The notes: a model not told the origin generated them from the sequence alone. A stretch of 64,000 nt of DNA from Eubacteriales bacterium (GCA_045596865.1 JAZODF010000039.1:2245-66244), one strand, 5' to 3'. Positions 27,770 through 37,227 are shown, counted from the stretch's first letter. A program made the numbers and translations.

Positions 27770-28588
27770 ATGTTTATTGAAATATTGATCCCCGTTCTTA
27801 TCCTTGCCGCAATCGGCATTCTTTGTGCGGTGCTTCTCACCGTGTCCTCCATCTTCTTCGCGGTGAAGGAGGACGAAACCGCCCTTGCTATCCGTGACTG
27901 CCTGCCCGGTGCGAACTGCGGCGCGTGCGGCTACTCGGGCTGTGACGGCTACTCCAAGGCTCTTTCCGAGGGCAGGGAGACCCGCACCAACCTCTGTACC
28001 CCCGGTGGCGACGGCGCCGCCAAGGCAATTGCCGCGACCCTCGGCGTTGAGGCGGAGGACGTTGTTGAGAAGGTGGCTTACGTCGCCTGCAACGGCACCT
28101 GCGACGTCGTGGCTAAGAAATACGAATACGTCGGTCAGAAGACCTGCCGCACGGCCAACCTCGCCTACTCGGGCGACCGTGTGTGCATTTACGCCTGCCT
28201 CGGCTACGGTGACTGTGTCAACGTGTGCCCCGAGAACGCGATCAGCGTCAAGGACGGCGTGGCTCGCGTAGATCCGCAGAAGTGCGTCGGCTGTGGCATT
28301 TGTACCCGTACCTGTCCCAACGGTATCATCCACCTTATCAACGATACCTCGCGCGTCGTTGTCGAGTGCTCCAACCACGATATGGGCGGTAATACGAGAA
28401 AGTATTGCTCCAACGGCTGTATCGGCTGTAAGAAGTGCGAGAAGACCTGTCCCCACGATGCCATCCACGTTATCGACAACCTCGCCACCATTGATTACGA
28501 CAAGTGTGTCGGCTGTGGCGCGTGCGTGTCCGTTTGTCCCGTGCATTGCATCCACGAGGGTAACTTCATCTGCGGGGCACATTTCTAA
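27770..28588 (+). CDS. rnfB: Rnf complex subunit B (polyferredoxin)
   Basis: Start set to MFIEIL (AAGGAGG RBS). N-terminal TM, CGACGYSGCDGY, and several CxxCxxCxxxCP motifs. Confidence 0.9.
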   Translation: MFIEILIPVLILAAIGILCAVLLTVSSIFFAVKEDETALAIRDCLPGANCGACGYSGCDGYSKALSEGRETRTNLCTPGGDGAAKAIAATLGVEAEDVVEKVAYVACNGTCDVVAKKYEYVGQKTCRTANLAYSGDRVCIYACLGYGDCVNVCPENAISVKDGVARVDPQKCVGCGICTRTCPNGIIHLINDTSRVVVECSNHDMGGNTRKYCSNGCIGCKKCEKTCPHDAIHVIDNLATIDYDKCVGCGACVSVCPVHCIHEGNFICGAHF

Positions 28589-28675
28589 AATCTCTCTCGC
28601 GTAGGCGAGAATCAAACACCACCCACCCTGCGAGAAATCGCAGGGTGGAATTACGAAAGAGCGAAGGAGGTAAAA

Positions 28676-29047
28676 ATGCCCGAGGCATTAAAGAAGCATA
28701 AGCTCGATATCATCATCATTGCCGCCATCCTCCTCGTTGCCACCGTCACCCTTACCCTGACGCTCGCGCTTCGCGAGCGCGGCGACGCCGTCCGCGTTAC
28801 CGTCGGCGGTGTCACGGTCGGTGAGTATTCCCTGTCGGTCGATGCGACCTACACGCTGAACGGCGGCACAAATATCCTCGTTATCGAGGGGGGCACGGCA
28901 TATCTTTCCTACGCCGACTGTCCCGACAAGACCTGCGTAAACACGGGCAGGATAAAATACGTCGGCCAGAGCATCGTCTGCCTGCCGAACAAGATTACCG
29001 TCGCCGTGATCGGCGACGACGACGGCGGCGTCGACCTCATCAGCTAG
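28676..29047 (+). CDS. NusG domain II-like membrane-anchored protein
   Basis: 123 aa. N-terminal TM plus a small beta domain with CPDKTC...C. This type of protein usually sits next to a Gx/Hpre_diP_synt_I protein. Confidence 0.6.
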   Translation: MPEALKKHKLDIIIIAAILLVATVTLTLTLALRERGDAVRVTVGGVTVGEYSLSVDATYTLNGGTNILVIEGGTAYLSYADCPDKTCVNTGRIKYVGQSIVCLPNKITVAVIGDDDGGVDLIS

Positions 29048-29154
29048 CCGCCATTACACCGTAGGTGTAACCCCAAGCGAAAAAACATTTTGCGTTAGTA
29101 CAATCATTTGCCAACGGCAAATTCAATCAACCATCGAACATAACAGGCACCCCC

Positions 29155-29664
29155 GTGCCGGTCAGGAATATAATGAAAAATACGAAGAAGCTCGCCGCGC
29201 TTGCGGTGACCGTCGCGCTTGCGATGGTGCTCTCCTTCCTCGAGTCGCGCATCCCCGCCTTCGTTGCCATTCCGGGCATCAAGGTCGGCCTCGCGAACAT
29301 CGCGGTCATCTTCACCCTATACAAATTCGGTACGCGCGACGCGGCGGTGGTGTCGGTCATCCGCGTGCTGCTCGTTTCGTTGCTATTCGGCACGACGGTC
29401 AGCCTGTGGTACAGCCTCGCGGGCGCGACGCTCAGCTTTATTCTGATGCTCGTTTTGAAGAAGCTCACCCCACTGTCGGTAGTGACTGTCAGCGTGGTCG
29501 GCGGCATCTCGCACAACATCGCACAGATCGGCGTTGCCTGCCTGCTGCTTGAAACGAACGTGATAATGTATTATCTCCCCTTCCTTCTTCTCTCGGGCGT
29601 TATTGCGGGTATTGCGGTCGGTATCGCCTCCGCCCTGCTTATCAAGCGGGTCAACCTTAAATGA
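29155..29664 (+). CDS. Gx transporter family protein (heptaprenyl diphosphate synthase component I-like)
   Basis: About 165 aa, 5 TM, with LESRIP-type motif (FLESRIPAFVAIPGIKVGLANI). Start may be ATG at 29173. Confidence 0.6.
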   Translation: MPVRNIMKNTKKLAALAVTVALAMVLSFLESRIPAFVAIPGIKVGLANIAVIFTLYKFGTRDAAVVSVIRVLLVSLLFGTTVSLWYSLAGATLSFILMLVLKKLTPLSVVTVSVVGGISHNIAQIGVACLLLETNVIMYYLPFLLLSGVIAGIAVGIASALLIKRVNLK

Positions 29665-29700
29665 CAGGAAAACAACGAAAACAACGAAAGGAGAGAGCAC

Positions 29701-31086
29701 TTGAAGGTCAATTTACTTAAGGACAGAATCGGCAGGATGTTCCTCCTCCTTTTCTTCTCCGCCCTTGGTAGCACCATCATACAGACGGTGTATTCCACGG
29801 TCGATATGGTCTGCGTCGGTCATTACGCGGGCGCGAACGGCTCCTCCGCGCTTGCCTGCACCAACCCGATGTGGGCGATGATGTTTGCCCCCGGCGTGCT
29901 CGCGGGTGTCGGCGGATCGATAATGGTCGCCAACCGCAAGGGTGCCGCCGACGAGAGGTCGGCAAACGGCTATTTCACCATTGCGACGGTGCTGTGTGCG
30001 ATATTTTCGCTGATCATCACGCTCGTTATGCTTATCTTCCCTGCCGAGCTTATCACCTTCTTCGGCGCGGATGACCCCGTTGTCCTCGGCCTCGCGGTCG
30101 ATTATATGCGTAGCGTCGCCGTCGTTTCACCCTCCTTTACCATGTGCGCCTGTCTTTCGACCTTTATGCGCAACGACGGCGAGGCGGTAGTGCCCACGGT
30201 TGCCACGATCGTCGGCGGAGTTGTCAACATGGTGCTCGACGTTTTGCTCGTGTTCGATTTCGGCGCGGGGCTTGGCGTTACGGGTGCGGGTCTTGCCACC
30301 TCGATCGGACAGGTTGTCGCCTTTGCCATCATCCTTTGCTACTTCTTCACGAAGAAGTGCACGCTCCGCTTCTGCGTCCCCGACAGGATCGCGGGCAAGC
30401 TTATGCGAATTTTCACCCTCGGCTTCTCGGTATTTTCGATCGAGATCGCCTCGGCGGTCACGACCACCGTTTTCAACAACATCATCGTGTCGGAGCTGTC
30501 CTTCGACCACCTTGCAATATACGGCACCGTGGCAACGGTGACGATATTCTTCTACTGCCTGCTTAACGCGGCGGGCACGGCAATGCAGCCCATCGCATCG
30601 CAGAATTTCGGTGCAAAACAGCTACCCCGTGTCACAAAATCGCTGAAAATCGCCCTCTTGACGGCGGTGCTGCTCGGCCTCATTTGCTTCACGGTGGTGG
30701 AGCTCTTCCCCGCCGAGGTTTTGATGATGTATATGGACGTCAACGACGTCATCCTCGAGGTCGGACCGCGCATCATCCGCATCTACTGCATCGCGACCCC
30801 CGTGCTCGGCGTCACCCTTGTTTCGAGCTTCTATTTCCAGTCTGTTTTGAAGCAATGGATGTCCGTGGTTATCGCCCTGCTCCGCGGGCTTATCCTCCCG
30901 ATTGCTCTTGTATCCACCCTGCCGCACCTCCTCGGTGCTGATGCGATATGGTGGTGCATCCCGATCACCGAGGGAATCTGCTTCCTTGTCAGCCTGTTAT
31001 TCCTCTTCATCTCGAATCACAGCCTGCGCCGCCTCGCGGACACCGATCCCGCCATGCCGCCCCAGCCGATTGCGGACAACCTTTGA
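29701..31086 (+). CDS. MATE family efflux transporter
   Basis: 461 aa, 12 TM. TTG start after AAAGGAGAG. Confidence 0.85.
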   Translation: MKVNLLKDRIGRMFLLLFFSALGSTIIQTVYSTVDMVCVGHYAGANGSSALACTNPMWAMMFAPGVLAGVGGSIMVANRKGAADERSANGYFTIATVLCAIFSLIITLVMLIFPAELITFFGADDPVVLGLAVDYMRSVAVVSPSFTMCACLSTFMRNDGEAVVPTVATIVGGVVNMVLDVLLVFDFGAGLGVTGAGLATSIGQVVAFAIILCYFFTKKCTLRFCVPDRIAGKLMRIFTLGFSVFSIEIASAVTTTVFNNIIVSELSFDHLAIYGTVATVTIFFYCLLNAAGTAMQPIASQNFGAKQLPRVTKSLKIALLTAVLLGLICFTVVELFPAEVLMMYMDVNDVILEVGPRIIRIYCIATPVLGVTLVSSFYFQSVLKQWMSVVIALLRGLILPIALVSTLPHLLGADAIWWCIPITEGICFLVSLLFLFISNHSLRRLADTDPAMPPQPIADNL

Positions 31087-31180
31087 TAAGCAGAGGCAAC
31101 ACAAAAAACCAACAAAATCGTTAAAAAAACGCCAATCAAACGGATATTTTCGAAGTGCAAAAATATTTTATTAAAAGGTA

Positions 31181-31209
31181 TTGACAAACGCAAAATCTTT
31201 TGGTATAAT
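31181..31209 (+). promoter_or_regulatory. Sigma-A promoter of tRNA-Thr
   Basis: Perfect TTGACA-N17-TATAAT, 32 nt upstream of the tRNA 5' end. Confidence 0.6.
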
Positions 31210-31241
31210 AGTCTGCGTCACGAGGAAATATCCTTTGACAT

Positions 31242-31317
31242 GCTGCTATGGCTCAGCTGGTAGAGCACATCCTTGGTAAGGATGAGGTCCCCGGTCCGAA
31301 TCCGGGTAGCAGCTCCA
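31242..31317 (+). tRNA. tRNA-Thr (anticodon GGU)
   Basis: Manual cloverleaf: acceptor GCTGCTA/TAGCAGC, D arm GCTC-AGCTGGTA-GAGC, anticodon stem CATCC/GGATG with loop TTGGTAA, T arm CCCGG-TCCGAAT-CCGGG, and an encoded CCA. Confidence 0.9.
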
Positions 31318-31859
31318 GACACCCCCGAGGGAATCCCCTCGGGGCTTTGGTTTTTTATAAGGCTTTATGCACCCGCGACGGCTCGGTCACAACCCAAGCA
31401 CGGGGGTGTCGGGAGGTGCTACCCGGTGCCGCGACCGCGTTTTGTCCGCATATACCGCACCCAAGCATCGCCCACCACCCAAGGCGAAAGAACACACCCG
31501 AACCACCGTACCCGCCACGGCGGACAAAACCGGTTCGCAACATTCGCCATAGGCGAATATCCGGGTTTCGCCGCGAGGGCTCAATACCCGATGGGGCGAA
31601 CTGCGACAGACACCCCCGAGGGAATCCCCTCGGGGCTTTGGTTTTTTATAGGGCTTTTGATAGCCTCCCAAGCCGAGATGCGCACCGTACACGGGGGTGT
31701 CGGGAGATGCTACCCTGTGCCGCGACCGCGTTTTGTCCGCATATACCGCACCCAAGCATCGCCCACCACCCAAGGCGAAAGAACACACCCGAACCACCGT
31801 ACCCACCACGGCGGACAAAACCGGTTCGCAACATTCGCCATAGGCGAATATCCGGGTTT
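31316..31859 (+). repeat. Tandem duplication, period 291 bp (units 31316-31606 and 31607-31859)
   Basis: Unit 2 aligns to unit 1 at a constant offset of 291. It includes the CCA-proximal terminator hairpin and an approximately 190-bp near-identical C-rich block. Confidence 0.85.
31322..31356 (+). terminator. Rho-independent terminator after tRNA-Thr
   Basis: CCCCGAGGG/CCCTCGGGG stem then CTTTGGTTTTTT. Duplicated at 31613-31647. Confidence 0.7.
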
Positions 31860-31925
31860 GGATTTCGCGCGCTCGACGCTCGCGAAATCCAATTGCTCCA
31901 CGCGACGAGATGAAAACCGCGTCCG

Positions 31926-32138
31926 TTGTAGGGACCTGGCGTCCTCGCGCCGAGGTGCGAATCACATCGATTTGTAGGGACCTGGCGTAAAAGTTGCTCC
32001 GCAACTGAGACGGTCCGTGACGAATTGACGTTACAAACAGATGCTATCGCGGTCGCGTGGATGGCTCGGTTGCCGATAATTATGCTTCGATTTTTCGCCG
32101 CGCTCTCCTCGGACCGTCGAGGACGCCGGTCCCTACAA
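31926..32138. repeat. Approximately 213-bp segment bounded by 21/22-bp inverted repeats (MITE/REP-like)
   Basis: TTGTAGGGACCTGGCGTCCTCG at 31926-31947. Its reverse complement, lacking one T, is at 32118-32138. A third direct partial copy is at 31972-31988. Confidence 0.6.
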
Positions 32139-32225
32139 TTTATCACTCGCGTAAGCGAATATCACTCCGCCAACGGCGGCATATCTCTTGTGCGCTCCGC
32201 GCACAAATATCATCCGGAGGTACTT

Positions 32226-32612
32226 ATGACACGAAGCGAATTTGAACAGACGGTGCTTGACACCTACGGCGTGCGGGCGGACTACCCGTTTGAGGAGGAT
32301 TTCGTCACGGGGGTGTTTCGACACTCCGACACGGGCAAGTGGTTTGCCCTGGCAATGAATATAAATGAAGGAAAGATCGGCCGCGCGGGCGGTCTGCGGG
32401 TCGACGTCGTCAACCTCAAATGCGCACCCGAGGTCATCGAATCCATCGTCGGGGTCGAGGTCGGCATATACCCCGCGTATCACATGAACAAGCTGCATTG
32501 GATCACCGTCGCGCTCGACGAATGCGAGGCGGGTATGCTTGAATGGCTGCTCGGCATCAGCTACGAGCTGACCCGTGGGAAAATCCCGCGAGGCAAAAGA
32601 CGGGCAAAATAA
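32226..32612 (+). CDS. MmcQ/YjbR family DNA-binding protein
   Basis: Start set to MTRSEF (GGAGG RBS). 128 aa with YGVRADYPFEED...KWFAL...HMNKLHWITV, characteristic of YjbR. Confidence 0.75.
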   Translation: MTRSEFEQTVLDTYGVRADYPFEEDFVTGVFRHSDTGKWFALAMNINEGKIGRAGGLRVDVVNLKCAPEVIESIVGVEVGIYPAYHMNKLHWITVALDECEAGMLEWLLGISYELTRGKIPRGKRRAK

Positions 32613-32613
32613 A

Positions 32614-32640
32614 AGGAGCACGAAACGTGCTCCTTTTTCT
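32614..32640. terminator. Bidirectional terminator
   Basis: AAAA-GGAGCACG-AAA-CGTGCTCC-TTTTT. Confidence 0.65.
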
Positions 32641-32752
32641 ATTCTTCGCGCGCGATAAGGCGATAAAAAACGCGGTTTTGCCCACCCCGTGTTAAATTTG
32701 CGGGGGATTTAATGGCGGTTTGTCGGATATTCGCAGAGTGTAACGGGCGCGC

Positions 32753-33409
32753 CTATTCACCGAGGATCTGCACGCGAAGGGAGTTCATGCTCTCGTCAAG
32801 CTCGGCCGAGAGGGTCGCCGAGCGAAGCAGCTCCGCACGGGTGTCATCGGTAATTCTCGCGCCGTCCTTCTTGTAGCGCATGTGGTGGTCGAGGCTCGCC
32901 CAGAAGTCCATCGCAATAGTGCGAAGCTGGATCTCGACGCGCATCATCCGTTTTTCATCAAAGAGGAAGATGGGTATCTCGACGATGAGGTGCAGACTGC
33001 GGTAGCCGTTTTCCTTCGGGCTTTTAATGTAGTCCTTGCGCGAGATCAGACGGACGTCGTCCTGCCCGAGGAAGCTGTCCGCGAGGGCGTACACGTCGTC
33101 AAGAAAGCTGCATATCACGCGGACACCCGCAACGTCGTTTATCATCGATTCGATGCCCTCGACGGTCACCTCGGAGCCGAGCTTTTCCATTTTTCTTCGT
33201 ATGCTCTCGGGCGATTTGAGGCGGGATTTCACCGTTTCGATGGGGTTGCGATCGTGACGGAAGGTAAAGTCCTCCGAGATCACGCGGAATTTGGTTTCGA
33301 CCTCCATCATCGCACAGCGGTAGTAGGACATCAGCCGCAGGTATTTTTCGGCAAACGGGGCGAGCTCCGCGAGGATGGCGGCGCGGTCGGTTTTATCAAA
33401 CGTTTTCAT
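32753..33409 (-). CDS. Small alarmone synthetase (RelA/SpoT-domain GTP pyrophosphokinase)
   Basis: 218 aa. DVAGVRVICSF, YRSLHLIV and EIQLRTIAMDFWASLDH. Confidence 0.85.
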   Translation of the reverse strand: MKTFDKTDRAAILAELAPFAEKYLRLMSYYRCAMMEVETKFRVISEDFTFRHDRNPIETVKSRLKSPESIRRKMEKLGSEVTVEGIESMINDVAGVRVICSFLDDVYALADSFLGQDDVRLISRKDYIKSPKENGYRSLHLIVEIPIFLFDEKRMMRVEIQLRTIAMDFWASLDHHMRYKKDGARITDDTRAELLRSATLSAELDESMNSLRVQILGE

Positions 33410-34769
33410 TTTTCGTCACCATTTTGGAGAGTATTTTGGGGAAGGTCACGGCGAATATCGTCGTGCAGATTATTGCCGCGGTCGCGTCGGCAATTGCCTC
33501 CGCCGCGTAGACGCCCGAAACGCCCATAAACGTGGGGAGAATATACGCCAGCGGCACGAGGAGAATGACCTTGCGAAGCAGGGCGATAAACAGCGATATC
33601 TTCGCCTGACCGAGGCCGATAAAGACGTTCTGGCAGGCCCTTTGAAGGCCGAATATCGTCATTCCGGCGAGGAACAGCGGCATATACTGTGCGACGAGGT
33701 TGAGAAGCTCGGGGCTCTCGTTATTGAACAAACCGCCGATAGCGCGCGGGAATAGGATCATCACAAGCACGCCGACGAGATTGACGGTAAACATAATGCC
33801 GAGGGTGATCTTGAACGCGGAGATCACGCGGTCGCGGCGACCGTGACCGTAATTGTAGCTGAGGACGGGGGTAACGCCGTTGGTAAAGCCCGCGAGAGGC
33901 ACGCTGACGATCTGCATCGCGCTCTGCATCACCGTGAGCGCACCGACGTGCAGGTCACCGCCGTAGAGGCGAAGCTGAGAGTTGAGGGTAAAGCCGACGA
34001 GGCTCTCCGTGCTGGCCATAACGAAGGGGGAGATGCCGAGGGCGCAGGTCATACCGATTATGCGAAGCTCGGGGCGCATCGAGCGAAGGCTGAGGCGGAG
34101 CGTCGCGCGCTTGCTGAACAGGAAGGCGAGGACGAAGGTGGCGGATGCCGCCTGGCTGATCACGGTGGCGATCGCCGCACCTGCGACACCCATATCGAAG
34201 CCGAAAATGAACAAGGGGTCAAGGGCGGTATTAAGCACCGCGCCGATAAGAACGGACACCATCGCCACGCCGGGGCGGCCCTGACAGTTAATGAAGGTGT
34301 TAAGACCGGTGGCGATCAGCACGAACACCGTGCCGATAAGGTAGATGCGCACGTATTCGAGCGCGTAGGGGAGCGTGACATCGGATGCGCCGCCGAAGTT
34401 GAGGATCGGAATAGCGAAGACCTCGCCGAGGACGGAGCAAAGAACGCCGAAGAAAAGAAGCATAACGAAGCCGTTACCGAGGTATTTCGTCGCCTCGTCA
34501 CGGTCGCCGCGACCGAGAGCAATAGCGGCAAGGGGCGCACCGCCGCCACCGACGAGCGAGGCAAACGCCGCAACGAGCAGTATGACCGACGTGGTAACGC
34601 CGACCCCCGCAAGGGCGGTGTCGCCCACCTCGGGTATGTGGCCGATATATATTTTGTCGATAATGCCGTAGAGCAGATTCACGAGCTGTGCCATTACGGC
34701 AGGGAGTGCCATTTTCACGATAAGCGGCAGCATCGGGGCCGTGCCGAGAAGTTCATCCTTTTTAGTCAT
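33396..34769 (-). CDS. MATE family efflux transporter
   Basis: Start set to MTKKDELLG (GGAGGAAAAA RBS). 12 TM. Its 3' end overlaps the SAS start by 14 nt. Confidence 0.85.
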   Translation of the reverse strand: MTKKDELLGTAPMLPLIVKMALPAVMAQLVNLLYGIIDKIYIGHIPEVGDTALAGVGVTTSVILLVAAFASLVGGGGAPLAAIALGRGDRDEATKYLGNGFVMLLFFGVLCSVLGEVFAIPILNFGGASDVTLPYALEYVRIYLIGTVFVLIATGLNTFINCQGRPGVAMVSVLIGAVLNTALDPLFIFGFDMGVAGAAIATVISQAASATFVLAFLFSKRATLRLSLRSMRPELRIIGMTCALGISPFVMASTESLVGFTLNSQLRLYGGDLHVGALTVMQSAMQIVSVPLAGFTNGVTPVLSYNYGHGRRDRVISAFKITLGIMFTVNLVGVLVMILFPRAIGGLFNNESPELLNLVAQYMPLFLAGMTIFGLQRACQNVFIGLGQAKISLFIALLRKVILLVPLAYILPTFMGVSGVYAAEAIADATAAIICTTIFAVTFPKILSKMVTKNENV

Positions 34770-34911
34770 TTTTCCTCCGTTTGCAAAAAATACAATACAA
34801 TTATATACCGAATATGTTAACAAATCAAGAGAGGGGAGGATAAAAGTTCTCCCCCGATGGGGACGAGTTAAAAAACGGCCCCCGCGGTGCTATCGCGGGG
34901 GCCAAAATCGG

Positions 34912-35454
34912 TTATTTCAAAATGTAAAGCTTAGTCGACAAGGGTCGGAACAGGAGCGGGAACAAAACCGCGTTGCAGGCGAGTTGAATTATGTAAAATA
35001 CCCCACCCCGTGCGTAATAAACGGCGAATCTTGCGAGGATATTATCAAACCGACCGCTGAAAAGCCCGACGTCAACGAACGAGGACAAGACCCCGAAAAA
35101 CAGCGTCAAGGCAAGCGCCGCGGCGGTGATGGCAAAGCGGTTTTTCACTCGCATGCGACCGAGCAGCATAAAGATGCAGGCAACCAGCGGCCAATAGATA
35201 AAATAGGTAATGACCCACGGGCCGAATCCGTAAATCAACGGCTCGATCAAAACGAAGATGACCGCGGCGAGAATCCCCATCCAGCCGAAAACGTAGCCGT
35301 AGATCGCACAAAGCAGGGTGACGACCTCGATATTCGGAAGCGCGGCGAGGACGAGCTTGCCGCACTCGATGCTAGCCGCCATAAGACCGACCGTGCAAAC
35401 GGCACGGGCGATGCCGAATTTTCTTTTACCGGACGTGCCGTTTATCTCCTTCAT
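34912..35454 (-). CDS. ECF-type S-component-like membrane protein (putative cobalamin uptake)
   Basis: 180 aa, 5-6 TM. Second gene of a B12-riboswitch-controlled operon. Confidence 0.45.
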   Translation of the reverse strand: MKEINGTSGKRKFGIARAVCTVGLMAASIECGKLVLAALPNIEVVTLLCAIYGYVFGWMGILAAVIFVLIEPLIYGFGPWVITYFIYWPLVACIFMLLGRMRVKNRFAITAAALALTLFFGVLSSFVDVGLFSGRFDNILARFAVYYARGGVFYIIQLACNAVLFPLLFRPLSTKLYILK

Positions 35455-35942
35455 CAGTATTTAAGCTCCCCGAAGTAGATTACCGCGCCGTCGGGCACGG
35501 AGAGCTGTCCAAGGCCTACCGCCGCGGTGACGAGCTCCTCGCCCTCGAAGGTGACGGTGGTGGAATATACACTCTCGCGGTCCTGGTCGGCGGTGACGCT
35601 CGTCCAGATGCCGACGTAAATGCCCGCGGAGGCATCCTCCGAGAGGTGGCCGACCTTCGTCAGATACGGGCCGTAGCCCGCGTTTGCCGAGGTGTAGTCG
35701 AGCTTGCCCTCGCCCTTCAGGTAGTCGAGGACGGCGATTGCACCGACCTCGCCGTTAATTTTGTCGAGGGGCACGTCATACGCGCGCACATCTTCCCCGA
35801 CCGCGACGACGATGGTGGCGTGACCCGTGTCATCAACCTTGCCACCCGCGCAAGCGGTGAGCACAACGAGAGTCGCGAGGATCATAAGAAGTGCAAGGAT
35901 AATTTTCGTTACCCTTCCCTGCTCGGTTTTTGCTGTTTTCAT
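35454..35942 (-). CDS. DUF4430-like lipoprotein (transcobalamin-like B12 binder)
   Basis: Start set to MKTAKTEQ (AAAGGAGAA RBS). Lipobox LTAC. The AVLDYLKGEGKLDY...GYGPYLTKV pattern resembles DUF4430. Confidence 0.6.
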   Translation of the reverse strand: MKTAKTEQGRVTKIILALLMILATLVVLTACAGGKVDDTGHATIVVAVGEDVRAYDVPLDKINGEVGAIAVLDYLKGEGKLDYTSANAGYGPYLTKVGHLSEDASAGIYVGIWTSVTADQDRESVYSTTVTFEGEELVTAAVGLGQLSVPDGAVIYFGELKY

Positions 35943-35975
35943 TTTCGTTCTCCTTTCAATATTAACAGCATCCGA

Positions 35976-36205
35976 GCAAACGAAACGCCCTCCAATACGG
36001 AGGGCGCATAGTGATTCACACGGGGAAAACGGGCATAGCACGCCCATTGATCGCCGCGGGTATCATCTTCCTCCGTTTGCCCAAGGAATATATACACTCT
36101 CCACGGCAGGCCTTCCGACTTTGACGGCAATGGCTGTTGCGACGGGTTTTCACCGCACTTTCCCTGCTTGAGGCGGCCTGCCTTGCGGCGCGCCACCTAT
36201 CGTGG
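35976..36205 (-). promoter_or_regulatory. Cobalamin riboswitch with terminator expression platform
   Basis: Minus strand reads GGCAGGCC...AGGGAAAGTGCGGTGAAAACCCG...B12 box AGTCGGAAGGCCTGCC (GGCAGGCC pairs with GGCCTGCC), then terminator CGCCCTCC-GTATT-GGAGGGCG-TTTCGTTT. Confidence 0.75.
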
Positions 36206-36447
36206 AGGAATGTTCAATTGTGTTTGGTTTTGTAAATAACAGTTTACTTTAATCAGGGATATATCGTCATCGGCGCGCCCTTTCCTGCCGCGTTTAAATT
36301 TGACACGGGGTGGGGGTTAGGCGGTTTTGACGGTTTTGCGGGTTGTTTTACCGCGCCGCGGGGTGTTACGGATTTCGGCGTCACAGGCTGCCATAAATCT
36401 CACCGCCGACACCGCTATACATGGTGGATCAACGGCAAAGAGTGCAC

Positions 36448-37227
36448 TCAAAATTTCGGGTTGCGAAGGGGCACCTCGTCGATGAGGTGCACGCCGAAAT
36501 GGTTGGCGTAGCGGATGCCCGCAAGGATTTCCTCGCGATTAGCAACGTGGCTTGGCAAATGGGCGTCGAAGCCGATTACCGCGGTGGCACCAAGCCTGCC
36601 CGCCACCTGCCAGAATTCGTCGCGGGGGTAGTAGCGCTTGTCGCGAATGCCGTTGAGGTTGATCTCAAGCGGAACAGAAAGCTCGACCGAGCGCTTGATA
36701 AGCCGTGCCATTTCGGCGCGGTAGAGGTCGAGGTCACCCTCGAAGTGCATCATATCGGGGTGCGCGAGGATGGAAAAGCGCCCCGTATTCATTGCGGCAA
36801 TTCCGTTGTCGACGTAGGCACGAAGGCGAGCGGGATCGGTGGTAGAATCAAATCCGCAGAAGCAGTCATCCGTACCCTCGTTGCCGATGTTATGCCCCGC
36901 CCAGATGAGATAGTCGAGCGGATATTTCCGATACTCGGCGACGAGGCGGTCGAAATATTTCGGGTAAAGCTCGGTTTCAAAGCCGATTTTCACGTCTATG
37001 TAGCCGCGATAGCGCTCGCGAAGCTTCAAGAGGGTGTCGAAATAGCCGCCCATCTCCTCGGGTAGCATGCGCGAATAGGAAACGAAGCCGTTTGGGAAGA
37101 AATAGGGGGTATGGTCAGAAAAGCCGATGGTCGTAAAACCCTCGGCTATCGCAATTTTGATATATTCCTCCTCGGTGCCTGCGGCGTGGCCGCACCGATA
37201 GGTGTGATTGTGATAATTACATTTCAT
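36448..37227 (-). CDS. Histidinol-phosphatase, PHP family (HisJ/HisK type)
   Basis: Start set to MKCNYHNHTYRCGHA. PHP metal-binding motifs HNHT, GFSDH, AHPD and FDAH. Confidence 0.8.
   Translation of the reverse strand: MKCNYHNHTYRCGHAAGTEEEYIKIAIAEGFTTIGFSDHTPYFFPNGFVSYSRMLPEEMGGYFDTLLKLRERYRGYIDVKIGFETELYPKYFDRLVAEYRKYPLDYLIWAGHNIGNEGTDDCFCGFDSTTDPARLRAYVDNGIAAMNTGRFSILAHPDMMHFEGDLDLYRAEMARLIKRSVELSVPLEINLNGIRDKRYYPRDEFWQVAGRLGATAVIGFDAHLPSHVANREEILAGIRYANHFGVHLIDEVPLRNPKF

Noticed and set aside
28600-28650. Hairpin CCACCCTGCG-AGAAAT-CGCAGGGTGG after rnfB as a terminator
   Set aside because: No T-run follows it, and the next gene starts 30 nt later with its own RBS. It is more likely an intra-operon stem than a terminator, so it is not listed as a feature.
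31248-32146. ORFs of 166-234 aa in several frames across the post-tRNA region
   Set aside because: They run through the tRNA gene, its terminator and the 291-bp tandem duplication. The same sequence is open in multiple frames and on both strands, the composition is Pro/Arg/Gly-rich, and there is no RBS. I treated the region as non-coding repeat DNA.
31242-32225. Integrated mobile element at tRNA-Thr
   Set aside because: There is no integrase, excisionase or other coding gene between the tRNA and the next chromosomal gene. Only repeat scars are present, so an intact integrative element is not supported.
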